A DNA stretch of 63,435 nt, filler included, from Intoshia linei (Eukaryota > Animalia > Orthonectida), in NCBI GenBank assembly GCA_001642005.1. It is 7 parts of 7 records of this genome, joined end to end, with 100 filler letters (N's around TTAATTAATTAA, not from the genome) between each part and the next. Parts side by side here need not be neighbours in the genome. Positions count along the whole stretch, not along the records: positions 11,374 to 41,259 come from LWCA01000376.1; 6 more parts are not named here. One strand, written 5' to 3'. Below, one piece after another: positions 25,160-38,320 of the stretch. How positions within the stretch are numbered: position 1 is the stretch's first letter; every line of letters starts with the position of its first letter. The translations under genes were made by a program, and so were the position numbers. The notes under the pieces are model-generated. The model had not been told where the DNA came from and made no database searches. It was given only the letters and a program-made list of their open reading frames with translations.

Positions 25160-25950
25160 AAGTTAAAGTAATGTGCTATCAATAATGTGCTTAATATGCG
25201 CTATCAATAACGTGCAAATAAAAGGACACTTGCTTATCCGTCCATGACGTTAGATTTTTTGGACGGGCACAAATCCAATTCTTTAACTCGCATGATACAT
25301 CCAATGTCAGATAAACTACGATCCGAAACACGCATCTTCATTTGACAAAAAGCCCTAGACGAAATAATTTGTGTTTTTTCTCTACAATTCTGACAGCACT
25401 GCTTTAAAGTGTGATCGATTTTAGGACCAAAGATGTAGTTATTCACGAAAATTAATTCGCTATCATATATTAAATGCTTGTTTGTTTTTTTCCAAAAAAA
25501 TTTCCTTTGACCAGCGCAAAATCCGAGTAGCCTCTACCGAGAAACGACATTAAGGGTTTAAATTCGTATTCAAAAAGAACAGCGAAATAAGCAGGAATAT
25601 CAAATTTTTCTATTCCTAAACATTTCTTGCAGATTTGCAAAGCAGCAATGTGTACTATCACATTTCCTATGCCGCTTCCAAGATCGACAAATTGTTGGTT
25701 TGGTTTAATTTTAACAATTTTTAATAAATGCTGTATAAAATTAAACGAAGATTTTCCATAAACGTTTGGTGAAAAAGCTTCATAATCGTTTAATTTTTTC
25801 GGTCTGACAACAGCTCTTCTATACACTGTAGTCATAATAAACTCTAAAAGTTCCTCCTTAATTTGATCTTTTGAAATAAAAAACTTTATACGCTTAAGTT
25901 AAAAATGATAAATTTTCAATTTTTCATTTTGTTCTCGAATGATTAATCCT
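25160..25950 (-). pseudogene. DOT1L: DOT1-like histone H3K79 methyltransferase, disrupted catalytic-domain copy
   Basis: KLNDYEAFSPNVYG, FVDLGSGIGNV, GIEK, IFVNNYIFG, LSDIGCIMRV and SWTDKQVSFYLHVID follow the DOT1L order. Frameshifts at about 25490 and 25258, an upstream in-frame stop and a short 3' duplication. Confidence 0.85.
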
Positions 25951-26868
25951 GTAATAATCATGCTTTATTTAGTTTTTCTAATACATACATGTACTTGTTT
26001 TGCTGTTTTATAAGTTTAGTAAAATTAAATCATCCTTAGACCAATAAAATTAAAAATAACAGTGTAATAAATAGATGAAATGTGCATGTAATAAAAAAAT
26101 AATTTTTCAAAATAAGGGAAATCTCATATTTTTCAGTCAATTTTCGGGTTGGAAAACGATACAAATATGTTAATAGATAAATTATGTGAATCGATTTTTA
26201 AATTTCAAACTTTAAAAATATAAATTAATGATGTATTATGGCAGGGATGAGGAATACAATCCTAGACATTTGTATTTATGTCAACCGAAAACTGTTAAAT
26301 TGGGACAATTTTCAGTTGAGCATTGTGTTTTAGAGCGACATAATCATCGATTTTGTTAATTCATCATATTATTGATTTTTTGACTAAACTTTTATAAGAT
26401 TTTTAAGTCAAATTTTTTTACCCACATATATAGATTTTAAGGATAATTTTTCAACATTATCAATAATTATATGTATTTAAATTTTTATTAAACTTTTCAA
26501 ATTATGAAAGGTTCAAATTAAAATAAAAATATACTATATTGATATTTAAAACTACCAAATTGAAAATGTAAATTAATAAAATAAATATTTCCAAATAAAG
26601 ACCTGTATTTTTTACTCCCGTATTTATTTTACTTTATATTTTTCTTTTTTTCTAACAAAAGTAATTTTCACGGCCATTACTTTTTTATAAAAATTATTTT
26701 TAAATTGATAAACATTTATCCTGCCACAAGTGCATTATCGAATTAATACCAATATGTTAAAATAGTTCCAAGATAGATTTATGATTCTTAGGATGGAAAT
26801 GAGAAATAGATGTGACATCTTAAGATAAACATAATGATCTGTTCTAACTCATTTATTGTGATCTATAG

Positions 26869-27480
26869 CAGCCACTCTCAACGGGGTCCATTAAAATTAT
26901 ATACATTTATTACATATTATAGACATTTTCAGTAACATAAAGTCGTTTTTAAAACATAAAGGCTCAGAAATACCAATATAAAACGTGGAAATCATGTAAA
27001 AGTAAATTCTTTGGTATTAAATTGAATTACATATAAGTATAAAAACTTATTGGGAAACCTTCATTGTTCTATTTTAAGAGCAGCGTTTTTATTTAATTAT
27101 TTTATTAAAATTTATGACCGAGCCAATTTTCTAGTCATAAAAAATGCTTTCAGTCAATATTCATGATTCTATGAAACATCAACCAAGGGATATAGAATAT
27201 TAATTTTTCACAGGGAAGATAAATAATATAGATTTTTTATTGATCTAATAATATATGTAGTAAACAATTAATAATGTACTGTAAACAATACATCATTTTG
27301 GGAACATTGACGGGTTAAAGGTAAATATTAATAGTTCATCAAGTTTATCATCTCGCAAAAATAGAGTACTCCATGTCTTTTGACCATCATTCGTTTCACC
27401 AAAATGTAATGATTCATTAAGAATTGTCATTATTATTATTTTTTTTGGGGTCCACAGCGAAAAAAAATTGAGAATGCCTG
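26869..27480. mobile_element. hAT MITE
   Basis: TIR CAGCCACTCTCAA / TTGAGAATGCCTG; TSD ATCTATAG / GTCTATAG (7/8). Confidence 0.75.
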
Positions 27481-27999
27481 GTCTATAGAAAACTGATTTT
27501 GTGGTTTATCTATATTTATTTATATATTTAGGGGTTAAAAATGATAAATTCAACCATCATTAAAATCCAAATGAAACTTTATAATAAATAAAAAATTGAC
27601 ATGTAAAAATGACTTTTTGTAGTTTTAGAAAAAGTATAAAAAGTTGACATGCTAGTATTTACAGTGTAATAAAACTTGTTCGCAGAGCAGTGGAGAGCCA
27701 ATACTGAGTCTGCATATACACATGTAAAAAACATGTGGTTCTTCTATCCATCATTTATTAAATCCACCCAGTGCACAGCAGTGGTAACAAATTTTTTTTT
27801 TAACCGTTACCCTGTTAAAGTAAAATAATTTTACCAGCAATACAATTTTTTTTTCAAATATATCCTATTAATATATAATAGTAGGTCCCAGATGATTGGC
27901 CCTTCAAATACCATAATCCTCTCTACCGTCGGCTCGTACGTAAGTCAAAATCCTTTACTTACTGTATGTAAAATGGAATATCTCTGTGTGTTAATTAGT

Positions 28000-28480
28000 T
28001 ACCGTTTATTTAAAAAATTAACAGTTCCAGAACTAAAAATAACATAATATATAATACAGTTTTTCGAGAGTGATATTTATATGCAAGTTAAATTTTTAGA
28101 AATTGAATCGTTGAGGGTCAAAAACTAAATTTTCTTTTTTTAAATTCAAAATTAGCGTATAATTTAAAAAAACATACATTCTGGGACGTATTTTAAATTT
28201 TAGATAAATTGATTAACAGTGATCTTGATGGTCAAAACCACAAATTACCCGTTTTTTTTTAACTGAAAAAAGTCCAAGATTTTTTATAAAACAAATTCTG
28301 GGATAATTTAAAAATCATAAGCATCATCATAAATGTTAACATCAAAAAAGTGCATAGTCACGATCAAAACTCCAGATAACCCTTTTTTTTAAAAAATGAA
28401 AGTAGTCCCAGAATTAAAAAAAATTACAGATTATACAGTTTATCCAGTTAATACACACAAAAATTTTTTTATAAGAGAAA
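28000..28480 (+). mobile_element. Degenerate internal portion of the Helitron-like family
   Basis: GGTCAAAACCACAAATTACC...TTTTTTAA..GAAAA modules are reverse complements of internal modules of 18416-19174. Boundaries approximate. Confidence 0.55.
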
Positions 28481-29732
28481 AAAACATTGGCCATATTCTG
28501 GATTGAATAAAAATTTTTATGATTGAATTTTGATTACCTGCAGAGCGGAACCTACTATATTTTGAAAACTTACCTTCACATGAAAATCAAACATAAAATA
28601 ATTTAATATAATTTTCAAAATACCCTTTCGAAAAATGTAATTTAGGTAATTAATGTTTTATCGCAAATTTAATATTCATAAATTGCGACTTTCAGGATCA
28701 TTTCTCGAAAAATTGTATTAGAAATTCAGTTTTTTAAATCTTGGACTATTCTTTTTTTAATTAAACATAACACACATCACATTCAATTTTATCCCAGTAC
28801 AATTATAATACAGTTTTACCAGGATACATTTGGTGGCCACAAAACTATAAAAATTAAAAAATGTTCATCCGTAAAAAAAGCAATGACCGGTTCTATTCAT
28901 TACAATGGAATCTTTCTAATTTGTAGTCAGTTTGTATCCATGTTTACAACTTGCGGTCAATTCAATTTAATTCAATTCAACAATTCAACCCGTAATAACA
29001 AGAAATTATTAAATATTCCAGGAATTCTGTCCCGGTTTTTTTCCAGGCACAATATCTAATTTTAAGATATTTAATTCATTAATTAAAAATTTTAATTCGT
29101 GAATGTTACTATGGAAAAATTCCATTAATATGAACTCAGACTCAGTCAAAATCCAAGTCCAATTCTTAAACTGTATTCAGAATTGCATAGAACTTATTAT
29201 TATTAGCGAATTGATGGTGACAAAAAAGTCAAAACACGTGAATATGAAACTATTAAATTTTTGGTAACTAAATGTCAAACAGATTCAATTTATACTAGAA
29301 AATTTTATATAAAATGAATTGACATTTTAGATTGTAAATAAATTAATTTCATTTTTAAAAATTACCTATTTTTGTAAGCCAAATTTGTAAAAGATCTATT
29401 AATATTGATGAATTATTCAATGCAAATACTCAAGTATATCAATTGGTTTTATAACGTCGTATCTAAGGTTATACATCTAAATTATTTATGCGCTGTAACA
29501 ATCTAATAGATCTTGATATTTTAATTTAATTGATCTAATATATGACTTGATATCACACTAACGCAACAATATATTGTATACATTGATCCTAACAATAATA
29601 TGTATCTACATTTTATAATTTCTTGGATTAATTATGAATATATTTAATTAGTCTAGTTAATAAATAATAATTTTCAATGAATTTAAAAATTATTATTTTA
29701 TCGAGTATATTTATAAGATTTTATCGCCAGAA

Positions 29733-29788
29733 ATACAGATTTACAGATTTACAGATTTACAAATTTACAGATTTACAAATTTACAAAT
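29733..29788 (+). repeat. 8-bp tandem repeat (A/G)ATTTACA, about 6-7 copies, just upstream of GAS8
   Basis: atacagatttacagatttacagatttacaaatttacagatttacaaatttacaaat. Confidence 0.9.
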
Positions 29789-29856
29789 ATAAAAATTAAC
29801 AAATAACTGGGAAACTAACTTGACAACAATAAACAGATAAAAATAGAATATAATTA

Positions 29857-32800
29857 ATGGTAACCTTTTAAGAAATCTGGATTCATTTTGTTATAGGCAC
29901 CAAAGAAAAAGGGTAAAAAAGCCAAGAAGGGAGCAGTCAAAAATAATGCCGTAGTAATTGACGGAACATCAGCGGAAGATATGACGAGGGAACAGGTTAT
30001 TTAATTCCCAATTATTAAAACATTCTTATTCCAGTTTGAAGAACATATTATAAGGTTGAGAGAGGAATTAGACAGAGAACGAGAAGAACGTAATTATTTC
30101 CAGTTGGAACGTGACAAAATAAATACATTTTGGGAAATTACTAAAAGACAACTCGAAGAAAAGCGTGCGGAACTTAGAAACAAAGACCGGGAAATGGAAG
30201 ATGCCGAAGAACGTCATCAAGTTGAAATTAAAGTAATTCAATCAAAAATAGTGTTAACATAACGGTTAAACTGTTAAACTTGAAATGGGTGTGATTTTAA
30301 TTTTGAAAGTCTTTACATATTACATGTATTATAAATATGTTATAAATATGATGTTCCCCAGGTTTGAAATAATATAAATATTATTATAATTTCACCATTA
30401 CAGTGTAGACTAAATTTTAGTCCATATTTTAAAAAAATGTTATAATTATATATTAAGGTATACAAACAAAAAGTAAAACATTTATTATATGAACATCAAA
30501 ATTCTATATCTGAATTAAAAGCAGAGAATGTTGTTTCAGCTAAAGTTTTGAACGAGGAATGTAGAAATAAAAACAATGAATTATATAACGAAAATATACG
30601 ATTAAAAATTAATTTACGTGAAAAAGAATTATCTAATCAAAATGTGATGAAAACAGTAAGATTGGTAATAATTTTATTTGTTTATCAAATAAATATATAA
30701 ATACATTTTAGAATAACGATGAGCGATTAACTAAACTAAGAGATGAATTTGAACAAAAATCGATAGAAATTGAAAAAAAATATATAAAAAAAATGCAAGT
30801 ACTTAGAGAGGATCTAGAAATAAATAGAAAATCAGAAAACCATGAAATTGAAGAAAGGAAAAACAACCAAATTAACACTTTGATGAAAAATCATGAAAAA
30901 GCATTTTCCGACATAAAAAATTATTATAATGATATTACCTTAAATAATATTGCTCTTATTAATTCTTTAAAGGTAATAATATACATGTATTTTTAAGTTA
31001 AAATTTACTAAACTAATATTTAACCGTTTGAGAAATAATTGATAAAAATCCCGACGGATACTTTGGGAGTAAGACATGTTCAAAATGTAAAAAAGTGGCG
31101 TTTTAAAGAAATTTTAATTGTAAAAAAATTTCATTACAATTTTTTTCCAATTTACAATTTCACATTAATCATCCTTTTAGGAGCAAGTCGACGACATGAA
31201 AAAGAAGGAAGATAGATTAGAAAAAAAAATGTCGGATGTTCTCACTGAAAACAGAAAACTAGCTGAGCCGTTGAGTAAAGCGAAGGAACAACTGGACGAC
31301 CAAGCTCGTCAATTAGCCAATTATACTAAAGATAAACAATCCTTATTTGTAATATTATTTATTTTTGTGTAATGCTCTCTGCAGAGCCGATACTATCAAG
31401 ATTGAGACTACTGAAAATTAAAATATTCTAGAAACTACCATCTTCTTCTCTCTAAGGCTTTTCATTTGAAATTTTAAATTTAACACGCAAAATTTAATTT
31501 GGAAAAATGAGGCCCCATATTACAAAAATTTCGTCGAGACTACCAACCCTCAGAGGGATCTTGGTAATGTAGGTGTAGTGCAGAATAGGGGTGCAAATTT
31601 TGAATATCTAAATCTTTTAGAATGCTAAAGCCAGAGAACGCATTTTATCCAAACAAATAAAATCACTTCGATGGGAACACGAAGTTCTTGAACAAAGATT
31701 TGAAAAGGTAAATTTCAAATACATGTATATTAAAATGAAACATATTCAGGCAAACAAAGAACGTGACGAATTGTACAATAGATTTATTATGGCCATCTCA
31801 GAAGTTCAACAAAAAACTGGATTTAAAAATTTAATCCTTGAGCGTAAACTTGGAACTCTGGGTGATGTTTTGGAGAAGAAAGAAGCCCAATTAAATGAAG
31901 TTTTGTCTTCATCAAATTTAGATCCTTCCGCATTTTCAACAGTAACGCAGAAATTGGAGGTTTTAAATTTAAATAATAATATAATAACCGGAGGAAAATT
32001 TTTTAAACTAAATAAATTAAACTTTTTGAAAGTGAAAAATCAAAAACTGCGTAGCAATGAAAAAAACCCAAGGACTCAATTAATGAGATTTCCGTGTAGA
32101 CGTTCAGCACATTTTTTTGAAATTGTAGGATGAATTTATTTATATTTTGATTTTTAATTTTAATTCAAAAATTTGAAAATACTAAAATGCCTTTTTGACC
32201 GTGAGGTCATCACTTATTCGGATTTAAAATTTTTGTGTGTGTTAATAGGATACAACTGTACCACCTGTAAATTTTTTGAAATTCTAGGGCTGTTTTCATT
32301 AAAAAAAGAAAGATAATTTGGGGTTTTGGCTCTGAAAATATATTTTTTTTAAATTTAAATTTATGGTAATGTTTATGATTTTAAAATACGTATCAGCGTA
32401 TATATTTTTTTAAATTCTCCAACTTGTTTGATTTTCAAAAAGAGGGACAACTGGGGTTTTTGACCCGTAAGATGTGAAATTGGGAGGTTGAAATTTATTT
32501 ATTATATGCCCCGAAAAAAACTGTAATTGAAACGTGGTCTTTAAAAAATTCTAAGAGTGGTAGTTATTTCAATAAAGTTTTTGACCCGTAAGATGTGAAA
32601 TTGGGAGGTTGAAATTTATCTTATTATACGGTTTTTGACCCTTAAGATGTGAAATTGGGAGGTTGAAATTTATCTTATTATACGCGGAAAAAACTGTAAT
32701 TGAAATGTTATCTTTATAAAATTCTAAGACGGGTAGTTCTGTAAATAAAGCGTAACACACAGACACACACACAAACAAAAATCGCGTAGCATATTATATA

Positions 32801-33176
32801 AGTAAGGATAATTAGTTTATCATCACGTTAAACATTTCTTTTGCCATCCTGATTCAAACCAGTTTGGTTTCTGAGCAACCCTTTGTTTTATTTAATACTA
32901 AATATTTTTAGGATGTTTTGGACTCTAAAAACTCAGCCATAAGAGATTTACAATACGAATTGGCTCGTGTTTGCAAAGTAATAAAATATTTTTTAATAAC
33001 CTTTTAAAATTTAAATTATTTTGTAGGCTCATAATGACGTGATAAAAACTTATGAAGCTAAATTACTACAATATGGAATACCGGTAGAAGAACTCGGATT
33101 TAAACCATTAGAAACTAAACAACCTAAACAAAAAATTGGAACCGGTCCAGCTGGTTTAATTTCAGCTCATCATTAA
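29857..33176 (+). CDS. GAS8: Growth arrest-specific 8 / dynein regulatory complex subunit 4 (482 aa, 10 exons)
   Basis: Exons 29857-29859 (ATG only), 29897-29995, 30035-30232, 30458-30664, 30712-30972, 31181-31348, 31621-31707, 31750-31959, 32912-32977, 33027-33176; all phase 0. Motifs [78 protein letters not shown]. Confidence 0.96.
32036..32808 (-). mobile_element. Helitron-like copy in GAS8 intron 8, with an internal triplicated module
   Basis: Same terminus CGCGTAGCATATTATATAAGTAAGGA|T as 19174. TTTTGACCC.TAAGATGTGAAATTGGGAGGTTGAAATTTAT occurs three times (about 32458, 32579, 32633). Confidence 0.8.
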
Positions 33177-33424
33177 TTGGACAAAACTTTATTTACAAAA
33201 TAAGATTGAAATATATCAATCAATTTATAATTTAAGTAATGAAAAATTTAAATGTGTTATCAAGAAATACAATACAATTTCATCAACACGTTTTCACACA
33301 TTACATGTGTCTATATTCTTTTTATGGGTTCAAAATGTACATTAACAGTGTTGATGAAAAGTTAACACAAAGTATTTGAATTTTCAAATTATGTTTATTT
33401 CAACACTTGTAAATACATTTACAT

Positions 33425-34611
33425 TTAGTTGTACGGTTTCCAAATTTCACTTTTTATATTTCTTAGTTTCTTTTTTCCGAATAGCAATTCATTTATGTAT
33501 TCTCTAGACAAGATTATTCCAGAATCGTGAAATACTTCGTAGCCAAATAAGTAGTAAATGTATCTAATTATCAAATTAAAATAAGTCATCCATATAATAT
33601 AGTAATTACATGTATATTTTTTTGTTTACCAAAATTAAAAGTGTAAATTAAATTGAAAATGAATAATTTTTTAATATAATAAAAAAATCTATATTTCAAT
33701 CTATTAAATTCTATAAAATCTCTTTTTGTCATGTCCATGATGAAAAATTAGTCTAGTAAACTCTACTAGGACTTTAAATATTATATAAGTGTTTGCAATA
33801 AGTTACAAATTTTTTAATTGGTCCGTCAAGTGTTAAGTTTAAGAACCGCTAGTAAAATCGTTAAAATAAATTTATAATATTAATTGCTATACAATTAAAA
33901 AGGCCACCAACGAGTATGTTTATAATTAATTAAAAATGAAGAATAAAAACTTTTATAGGGATTCCAAACAACTTAATTTCAATCTTAGAAATTGTCGTTT
34001 GATTCTAAATTTTAGAATCTACATTTTATTTGCAGATGAAATTTTTTAAATTCCAAAATGGAAAAAAATGGTTCATTTCCTAAGAGTCTGGTTTATATCA
34101 ACGACTGCTGTAATTACTTTTGTTTGAGAGTATAGGCTGCACTGGTGAGACTTTTAGGAAGGTCCAATTCTTTTGAAATGACTTTCCATAGTTTATTCTT
34201 AATAACTGAAAAAAGTCCTCCTCTAGATATAACCGATATAAAAAGTTGATATAAATCCAAAGATCTCTGACCAATTTTGGGAATTCTTTGTAGTGGGTTT
34301 CCTATGAAAGAAAATATAAACTATAATAATTCACTCCTGACATTAAAGTAAATGGACTAAAATTGTTACCCCACTCATACATGAAACGGTACAAATCATT
34401 CATAAATATGTCTTTTGCCACGCAATTTTGTTTATCCCAAATCTAAAATATTTTAAAAATGTATAACACTATTTACACTATATTCCTTCAAGTTTTCTAT
34501 ACTGGAATCTTCAATCGTACCTTCTTTTTCATTGGCAATATTGATATATTTTTCAACATTAAGAGATGTGTAATTACAACTATGTTTAAACATTATGCTA
34601 GAAAATAGCAT
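33425..34611 (-). CDS. Small ARID3/Dead-ringer-like protein (176 aa, 4 exons)
   Basis: Exons 34611-34477, 34442-34370, 34301-34118, 33563-33425; introns 34, 68 and 554 nt, phases 0/1/2. Reads FMNDLYRFMYEWGNPLQRIPKIGQRSLDLYQLFISVISRGGLFSVIKNKLWKVISKELDLPKSLTSAAYTLKQKYIYYLFGYE. Absent from the ORF track. Confidence 0.88.
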
Positions 34612-34780
34612 TCAATGTATCAATTAGTAAATAATGATGAATGTTTCATTTAACAGGATGACACACTCTTTGATCAAATATCATTTCATTATAAAATGTG
34701 TGGTTTAACCTACATTTTAAATTTGATATACATTTTATATTTTATAATGGAGCAATAATTTAATAAACTAACAACATTAT

Positions 34781-37700
34781 TTACAAATCCTTCTCTTCGT
34801 CACAAATCATTTCAACAATCTAAAATTGATAAATTTATTCAAGTATTGTCAATAAATAATTACGGTTTGATCCATAAACACTGGCTTGGTACATCTGTTG
34901 TAAACGCTAGATAGACATTCGTCAAAGAGCATTTTGATGGATCTAGTATGAAAAGCAACCATATAAAAAAATTGAAGTGTATATTACTGATCTTCGCCCA
35001 AAATTCTCCAAAAGCTTTGTTGTAAGTAAAAAATATCTACTTGAATTTGCTGAAAACCAAAAGTTCCGAAAATACGTAATCTGACAGATTCTACAAAACC
35101 CTAAAATTTGTAATTAACGACTCATAAACAAAAACCTTTAAAATCCTTTTGGCAATTAGCAAAAGAACAACATGTTTAGAAAAATTGAGTTCATCATCAT
35201 ATCGAACTTTTTCGCCAAAAAGACGATTAATTTTAGATTCAAATTGGTTATCCATTGTGCTGTTCAAACTATTTGATTGATTTTTATAACTATTTGTCCA
35301 ATAATTTCCATCAAACATGGAACTTTTCCGAACATCCATAGTAAAATCCGTACTTTGCATTCCATGACTGGATGTACTAGCTTGTTCAATGCTACGTTTT
35401 GATGAATTTGAATCCTTGTAAAATTGACCAATGTTCGATTCAGTTTCTAACATTATTACTACCAATCTTTTAATAGGAGAGCGCAATGATCTCGGCTCAG
35501 AACAGTGTAACCAATCCCTCGTTTCAATACTTCTTTTGATCATTTGTATGGCTATATTCGCTTGGTTTTCTGTAAATGCTTGAAGCAATCGTTCACTTTC
35601 TGACGTATATTCATTTTTTAATTTATTAAACCGGTTGTTATCCTCTGTGATGACACTAGCCAAATCTTGTTCGTTTAATGGAAAAGCATCAGCAAACAAC
35701 TTGTGGATTCGATTAATAACATTATTTGAAAAATTATAGCACAATCGAGACAAAATTAACACTATTAGAACAGATATACTTTTATCGTAGAACGCATTTG
35801 ATAATTCTACACAATACTCCAAACAGTGCATGAATAATTTATAAAAATAATTTATTCGAACATGGTCTACCATGTAAGTATTTCTAAAATTTTTTTTGAA
35901 AGAAAAGGTTATTTCACCATCTAAAAATGTTTTCATCTTTTCGATTGTTATTTTCAAGTCTTTGGTAAATTCCAATTGAGCAGTGTGTAAACATTCACTC
36001 AATAAATATACGTTTTCATCGTTTATATCAGAAGCAATTTTTTTTCTCATATCAAATATTATATTTTTGAAATTTTCAAAAGAATTAATTTCGTACATTT
36101 CCACACGGTCTGATGCTGCCATTAAAACCAATTCTTCAGCTCTAGTAGATATTTGGTTAAATAATTCAATTTCTGGTTTTATTGATGTTAATTTCTTGTA
36201 GAATCTATCTAACGCTCGTATTAGTAATACGTTGTTACAATCCTTTTTCTAAAATAATTATAAATATACGACAATTTACTTAAATATATGTAAATAAAGG
36301 TGACCATTTTTTTTTATTAAAAAAACTCATTTTGTACGTCGATGCCTTTTTTGATTTTAAGCATTTATAAAACAAAATTTTTTAGATCTGTAAACAATTA
36401 CTCCTCTAATGTAATTATTGAAATTCATACCATGTAAAAATGTTAAAAATTACTTGAAAAAATAAATATTAAATATATTATTTTTAAATTGTTAATAAAT
36501 ATGAAACATAATTTTATATTATTTAGAATCATCTTTGGTCTAGTTAGAAAATTCCTTTGATGGGTTTCCCATGTTTTGTGGATTATTTTGTTTTTTTAAA
36601 TTAAATTCTAGCTCATTTATTTTGGTTTTTAAGAAATACAGTTATTTTTAGTTTATGATACACTTTTTGATTTATTTCAATACTATACTTTTTATGGTTA
36701 TTATTATTATTAATTATAACGAATTCAAACTACATTAAAAACCAAAATCAATGAGCTAGAACTGAATTTAAAAAAATTAAATGGTCCACAAAACATGATA
36801 AAGTCACTGTACAACAAACCCTCAACATCTGATGGGTTTGAAGTGACACGGACATATTTTTGTAATCTAGTCGGGAATCCCAACTACAATTTAATATTAC
36901 TATCAAGTTAACCTACTTCTTCTATCTTGAAACATTAAATTAAACAAACAAAAACAAAAAATTATTTAGAAGATTTTTCTTTGATTACATCACCATTCCT
37001 TAGGAATATTGATTCAAAGTTACAACAAAGCTGTAAATAATTTAAATTTAATTTAAAAAATCACACGATGTACTAAGTCTTAGTTACCAAGTCTTAGAGT
37101 CTAGTTAGACATAGTACTTAGTCTAAGTACATTGTACTTAGATATGAGGTTATTTATGTACCTCTAATTTAGTCCTTTGTCTGATAAGATCAAATAATTT
37201 GGTAATATAATTATTAACAAAAACATCAAGTCTTTGCTGAGCAGCATTTTTAACATTAATTTGATCACCTTTGAGAAAAATATCTGAATAGTCGCATGTG
37301 GTATGAGTAAATTTGTTAAAAAATCCGTTTAAAACATAATCAACATATTCTAAAATATCCATGGGAGGACTAAGTTGCAAATCTGAATTTTCTTGATATT
37401 CAACAAAATACAAATACTGCTGTCGTATAGCATCCAATTGTTCATTCAGACAAATTTCATTCTTATCAAGATACTGATCACACAATTTATTTGTATTTTC
37501 TCCCAATTTAATCAATAAACTAACTGATTCAGAATACTTAGAATGCGAAAGGTCTTTTTCGTTGTACCTTGCAATCAATAACTTGCGTAATTCATTGTAA
37601 AAATCTAAACATTCCTTTTTAATTCCATTCAACGCTACAATTTCGGAATACTGGGATAAAATAATTTGAGCTTTATTATAATATGTGACGGCTTGGTAAA

Positions 37701-38218
37701 ACAGTTTACTGTCTATAAAATTTTTGAGTTTACTTGGTAGTTCTAATAAAAATTGTAATTTCTTGAGCATTGAATATGAATTTGCTTTTTCATTGACCTC
37801 TTGGCGATGTTTATCTAATCTAGACCCAATTTGTGCACTAAAAGTAGTAGATTCATTAAATTTTTCTTTAAGGGTTTTTAGATTCTTGTGCATTTCTTGA
37901 AAATCGGTATTCATCTTTTTTATGTTATCGGATGCAGATATAAACTTTTTATAATTTTCATACACCAAGGTTTGCATTTCGCCATCCAAAACTTTTGTTT
38001 GTTTTATAATATCCTTTTCGTATTGTAATAAAGACGATATATTGTTTCTGCGTATTAATCCATCTTGATAGAAATGTATTAGTTATATTTAAATCATTTA
38101 TATTTATATATTTACCAATGTAAGTTTTTGCGTTGAATTCAGTATGGTCCATGTCAAATTTATTATTGTCACTTCTGGTCTCACTCGGAGTTTCATCAGA
38201 AACTGTGCTAGTGTTCAT
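34781..38218 (-). CDS. VPS51: Vacuolar protein sorting 51 (GARP/EARP subunit), 782 aa, 6 exons
   Basis: Exons 38218-38116, 38063-37162, 36248-35136, 35100-34988, 34942-34864, 34819-34781; phases consistent. Motifs LDGEMQTLVYENYKKFISASDNI, LKKLQFLLELP, RALDRFY, SIETRDWLHCSEPR, FVESVRLRIFGTFGFQQIQVD. Confidence 0.95.
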
Positions 38219-38320
38219 CTGAAGCAAAATAAAAATAAATAACACGTAGCTTGGATATTATTGATAGTTAAACAACAGTTCCCAATATAAATTCAAGTTT
38301 GTTGGATTCCAATTTTTGAA

